DNA of 64,000 bases, taken from NCBI GenBank assembly GCA_965209035.1, contig OZ242372.1, positions 1,664,001 to 1,728,000 on the forward strand, written 5' to 3'. Below the pieces are notes generated by a model. The model saw only the letters and a list, made by a program, of their open reading frames with translations. It ran no database searches and was not told the origin of the DNA. Source of the DNA: Gammaproteobacteria bacterium. GTDB taxonomy: Bacteria > Pseudomonadota > Gammaproteobacteria > CBDBNL01 > JAAOII01. Every line of letters begins with the position of its first letter. Position 1 is the stretch's first letter. This document shows, piece by piece, positions 60,201 through 64,000 of the stretch. The translations under genes and the position numbers were made by a program.

Positions 60201-63200
60201 ATGTTTCCTGTGCCCTTAACCTGTAGTTTTATTGCGGGATCTTTCGCGACCAAGTGTTATCCTTTGATAGTGCGGTTCGGCTTTTGGAGTTTTATTTTGA
60301 TACTTGTTTCTTGCACGCAAGGACAAGTCACCCAAGGCTTGGCGAGAGGAGGAAACGGGGATCTGGTGCGTGCTCTGGATACGGACCAAGACGGGTTGAT
60401 AGAGATACAAACTCTGGAAGAACTTGCCTGTCTGCATAAAGATCTTGACGGAGACGGCAAGGACGACAATGATGATTCCAACCTCTATGCGGCCAGAATC
60501 GGCAGTTGCCCCAACAGCGGTTGCGTTGGTTACGAGTTAAACCGTTCTTTGGACTTTGCCGATGCCGATTCTTATTCGCATCCGGCAATCAATATGAATC
60601 TTTGGACAAATGTCCCGGGCGGCAGCAAAGGCAGTTGGCGACCGCTCGGATCTTGTTCCGACCACCTGTGTGATGCTTATAGCGGGATTTTTAATGGAAA
60701 CGGTCACACCCTTTCCAATCTTTTCATCAATGCTTCCGCGGAGATTTCGGGCGTTGGTTTGTTTGCCGCAATGAATGGTACTGTGATTAACTTCAACATG
60801 GAGAATATCACTGTGCATGGCGGGAATCGTTATGTGGGAACTTTGGCGGGTTTTGCTTCCGGCATTCTGATTGAAAATGTTACTGTCGCGCGTATTCGGG
60901 TTTCGGGTATGTCGGCGGCGGATGTCGGCGGTCTGATCGGCAAAGGCGACCATGCTACGGTAACTTCCGTTTGGTTGGCCGGAGTGGAGATGACCGGCAA
61001 TCGCTCGGTGGCGGGTTTGATGGGGTACGGTGACGACGCAAAAATTTCTATGGCCTATGTTGAAGGTGTTTCCGTTCGGGGGAAAGAAAATCTTGGCGGT
61101 CTTGTGGGGGGCGGCTCAGGCACAGAGATTGCCGCTTCGTTTGTCAGTGCGGATTATCTTATAGGGGATGACGATAACATAGGCGGCCTAATCGGCAGAG
61201 GACAATCCGCACAAATAGCCGCTTCATATGCGGTCGGCGGACGTATCACCGGTAATGCACGGGTCGGCGGTTTGGTTGGCAGCGGATTTAACACCACTGT
61301 CACAGCATCTTATGCGGCAATCGGACCGATCTACGCAGCGAGCGACAGCGGCGGGTTGATCGGTTCTGTGACAAACGGCGGCCGGCAATTGGCAAGGATC
61401 AATTTTTCTTATTGGGATGGTCAAATGACGCGTCTTGCCGAAAGTCCGGGCGGCGGACAACGCATGGGTGGCCAAAGAATGCGACAAGAGGTTGTTTTGA
61501 AGGGTATTTACAAAAATTGGAAACCGTTTTGGTGCGACCCAACCAAGCATTTTTTTACTTCCGACAGCGAGCATCCTCTTGCAACCGCTGACAATCTTGC
61601 TTGGGATCTTGGCAATAGCTACCAGTATCCGGCTTTGCGTTGCAGTTTGCATGACGATGAAACATATCAAAGACACCCTGCCGATTCTCCGGTGGATCAC
61701 TTAACACTTGATCGGATCAATCGAACACTTGTACTGAATTGGAAAAACCCGCCCGGCGAAATTGCATACTTCAATATCACTTTGCAGAAAGAAGGGGGTG
61801 GGGAGAGATATTTCATTAAGGATGACCAGACACCGTCTCGGGGAGAATCCACATACTTGATTGAAAATTTGAGCGAATCCGGTTTTTATCGCGTGCGAGT
61901 GATTTTGGTTTCAACAAACGGGGCGAGGTATCCTTTTAATACGGACAGAGTGTTTATTGATGCGGACGGTGACGATGACGGTTTTGATGATGCCGCGGAC
62001 AATTGCCCGCTGGTTGCGAATACGAATCAAACCAATACGGACGGGGCCGCGGACGGCGGTGATGCCTGCGATCCGGACGATGACGATGACGGTTTTAAGG
62101 ATGTTGCGGACAATTGCCGGCTGGTTGCGAATACGAATCAAACCAATACGGATGGTGCCGCGGACGGCGGCGATGCCTGCGATCCGGACGATGACAATGA
62201 TGGTGTGGAAGATGTAACGGATGTATTTTCTTTGGATCCTTGTGCGAGTGTGGATACGGATGGCGATGGCAGGCCGGATCAGCTGGTGGCCAATTGCACG
62301 ACAGACTTGACAGAAGACCCGGACGATGACGATGACGGTTTTCCGGACGAAGCAAACAGGACCACAAGGGCGGACAACTGCCAGTTTACGGCTAATCCCG
62401 ACCAGGCGAATCATGACAGCGATGCCTTGGGCGACTTATGTGATCCGGACGATGACAATGACGGTTTTGAGGATGTTGCGGACAATTGCCCGCTGGTTGC
62501 GAATACGAATCAAACCAATACGGATGGTGCCGCGGACGGCGGCGATGCCTGCGATCCGGACGATGACAATGATGGTGTGGAAGATGTAACGGATGTATTT
62601 TCTTTGGATCCTTGTGCGAGTGTGGATACGGATGGCGATGGCAGGCCGGATCAGCTGGTGGCCAATTGCACGACAGACTTGACAGAAGACCCGGACGATG
62701 ACGATGACGGTTTTCCGGACGAAGCAAACAGGACCACAAGGGCGGACAATTGTCCGTTGGTGGCGAATGCGAATCAAACCAATACGGATGGTGCCGCGGA
62801 CGGCGGCGATGCCTGCGACCCGGACGATGACAATGACGGCTTGGATGACCTTGCGGATAACTGCCAGTTTGTAAGTAACCCGGGGCAGACGAATACGGAT
62901 GGAGCGAATGACGGCGGTGATGCCTGCGATCCGGACGATGACAATGACGGCATTGAGGACACAGCGGACCATGATCGCGACGGCGATGGCTTGATAGAAA
63001 TTCACTTTTTGGAGGACCTTGCCGCCCTGCGCGACGACTTGAATGCGGACGGTGAGGACGATGGCAATCTCCCGGATGTCGGTGAGAATCGTTCCGCGGG
63101 CTGCCCGGTCGGGGTCGGAGGCTGCTTCGGTTACGAATTGGCACGCTCGCTGAACTTTGATGAGCCGTCTTCTTACGCGGATCCGCTCAACAACATCCCT

Positions 63201-64000
63201 CTTTGGACGAGGACGGGAAGCGATGGTCGCGGCTGGACCCCAATCGGCGCGATAGACCGGACGGGAAGCTGCGCCGGCTCAGATTCTTGTCCTTTTTATG
63301 ATGGGGTTTTTGAAGGGAATCATCACAGTATTTCCAACTTGTATCTGAATGCCTCGGATGAAAGTCTGTGGGTGGGTCTGTTTGCCGCCATTGGTGATAG
63401 CCTGCAGAGTGGCGTATTGAACTTGCAAGAGGTTCCTCCGAACGGCGGTCTTGTCAGAAATCTTAAAATAACAAATGCAAGTATTTTTGGCGGTAGTCGC
63501 CATGTCGGTATTCTGGCCGGTCATGCACGCGGTCTGCGTCTTTTTAATGTTGCGGTGCGGGGCGGGACTGTGCTGAGTCCGCTGGCGCAAAGAGTCGGCG
63601 GGCTGGCGGGGTTCGGTTTCTTTTCGCGCTCTAATGCTGTTTCATTCTCCGACGGTGTCATCGTCGGACGAGAGAAGGTGGGCGGTCTGTTTGGCGATGG
63701 TGCGATTTTTATTAACAACTCTTATGTATCCAATGCGAACTTATCGGGTCAGGCAGACATTGGCGGGCTGGTGGGCGGTTATGAAGAAGGAATGCATTTC
63801 ACTTTTAAGGAATCTTTTGTGATAGCATCCTATGTCGCGAATGTTAGTTTGACCGGCGGCAGTCGGCTGGGTGGTATTGCGGGTTATTCTTCTGATATCA
63901 GCCTTATTTCATCGTTCGCCCGAGGGATTTCGCTACGGGGGGAAAATAAAATAGGCGGGCTGGTGGGGGATGCGATCAATACCCGCTTATTCGGTTCATT
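60201..64000 (+). CDS. Third lipoprotein paralog (>1266 aa, runs off window): GLUG module, FN3-like, TSP3 repeats, GLUG module
   Basis: Manual translation MFPVPL...FWSFILILVS-C-TQG...DTDQDGLIEIQTLEELA; the same frame reads IGGLVGD at 63951; upstream in-frame stop at 60048; absent from the ORF track, consistent with no stop before the window end. Confidence 0.85.
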   Translation, partial: MFPVPLTCSFIAGSFATKCYPLIVRFGFWSFILILVSCTQGQVTQGLARGGNGDLVRALDTDQDGLIEIQTLEELACLHKDLDGDGKDDNDDSNLYAARIGSCPNSGCVGYELNRSLDFADADSYSHPAINMNLWTNVPGGSKGSWRPLGSCSDHLCDAYSGIFNGNGHTLSNLFINASAEISGVGLFAAMNGTVINFNMENITVHGGNRYVGTLAGFASGILIENVTVARIRVSGMSAADVGGLIGKGDHATVTSVWLAGVEMTGNRSVAGLMGYGDDAKISMAYVEGVSVRGKENLGGLVGGGSGTEIAASFVSADYLIGDDDNIGGLIGRGQSAQIAASYAVGGRITGNARVGGLVGSGFNTTVTASYAAIGPIYAASDSGGLIGSVTNGGRQLARINFSYWDGQMTRLAESPGGGQRMGGQRMRQEVVLKGIYKNWKPFWCDPTKHFFTSDSEHPLATADNLAWDLGNSYQYPALRCSLHDDETYQRHPADSPVDHLTLDRINRTLVLNWKNPPGEIAYFNITLQKEGGGERYFIKDDQTPSRGESTYLIENLSESGFYRVRVILVSTNGARYPFNTDRVFIDADGDDDGFDDAADNCPLVANTNQTNTDGAADGGDACDPDDDDDGFKDVADNCRLVANTNQTNTDGAADGGDACDPDDDNDGVEDVTDVFSLDPCASVDTDGDGRPDQLVANCTTDLTEDPDDDDDGFPDEANRTTRADNCQFTANPDQANHDSDALGDLCDPDDDNDGFEDVADNCPLVANTNQTNTDGAADGGDACDPDDDNDGVEDVTDVFSLDPCASVDTDGDGRPDQLVANCTTDLTEDPDDDDDGFPDEANRTTRADNCPLVANANQTNTDGAADGGDACDPDDDNDGLDDLADNCQFVSNPGQTNTDGANDGGDACDPDDDNDGIEDTADHDRDGDGLIEIHFLEDLAALRDDLNADGEDDGNLPDVGENRSAGCPVGVGGCFGYELARSLNFDEPSSYADPLNNIPLWTRTGSDGRGWTPIGAIDRTGSCAGSDSCPFYDGVFEGNHHSISNLYLNASDESLWVGLFAAIGDSLQSGVLNLQEVPPNGGLVRNLKITNASIFGGSRHVGILAGHARGLRLFNVAVRGGTVLSPLAQRVGGLAGFGFFSRSNAVSFSDGVIVGREKVGGLFGDGAIFINNSYVSNANLSGQADIGGLVGGYEEGMHFTFKESFVIASYVANVSLTGGSRLGGIAGYSSDISLISSFARGISLRGENKIGGLVGDAINTRLFGS
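62120..62749 (+). repeat. ~258-bp apparently perfect direct repeat (62120-62377 and 62492-62749; period 372 bp)
   Basis: Compared by eye; no mismatches seen. Confidence 0.85.

Noticed and set aside
59977-60201. 74-aa ORF upstream of the third lipoprotein
   Set aside because: No recognisable motif; cannot be distinguished from a chance ORF
38874-63144. Many antisense and alternate-frame ORFs (Ser/Pro-, His/Arg- or Met/Thr-rich) over the lipoprotein genes
   Set aside because: Shadow frames of Asp/Gly-rich repeats with no independent motifs

Overview
64-kb window from a Gammaproteobacterium. The metXW, fabA-fabB, pcm-DUF368-nlpD and trpC-OsmC arrangements are Pseudomonadales-like. Host association is inferred only from eroded synteny and the eukaryote-like surface proteins. 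Positions 1-37.8 kb are core housekeeping genes: metW/metX, lptFG, lepA, ppa, fabAB, dusA, msrB, pcm, nlpD, yhdP, mreBCD, tgt-yajC-secDF, tRNA-Met, hinT, comF, ybbAP-tesA, trpC, ilvE, argG and pgsA. Several usual neighbours (crp, rpoS, maf/rng, queA, lepB) are missing from their normal slots, and short 9-13 bp tandem duplications occur at many gene boundaries. Positions 37.8-64 kb are an accessory region with three paralogous lipoprotein genes: 3838 aa, 956 aa, and one of >1266 aa that the ORF track omits. They are built from FN3-like domains, Cys-containing thrombospondin-type-3-like DxDxDG repeats and GLUG-motif modules. Each module has a disulfide-bounded hypervariable loop, and the proteins appear rich in N-X-S/T sequons. 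Two ~550-bp internally deleted IS30-family elements with both inverted repeats bracket the giant gene, and each sits directly upstream of a lipoprotein gene. A GH63 pseudogene fragment and a GMC-SDR-GMC-DUF993 sugar-oxidation cluster lie between the second and third paralogs. All calls are by eye; no searches were run.
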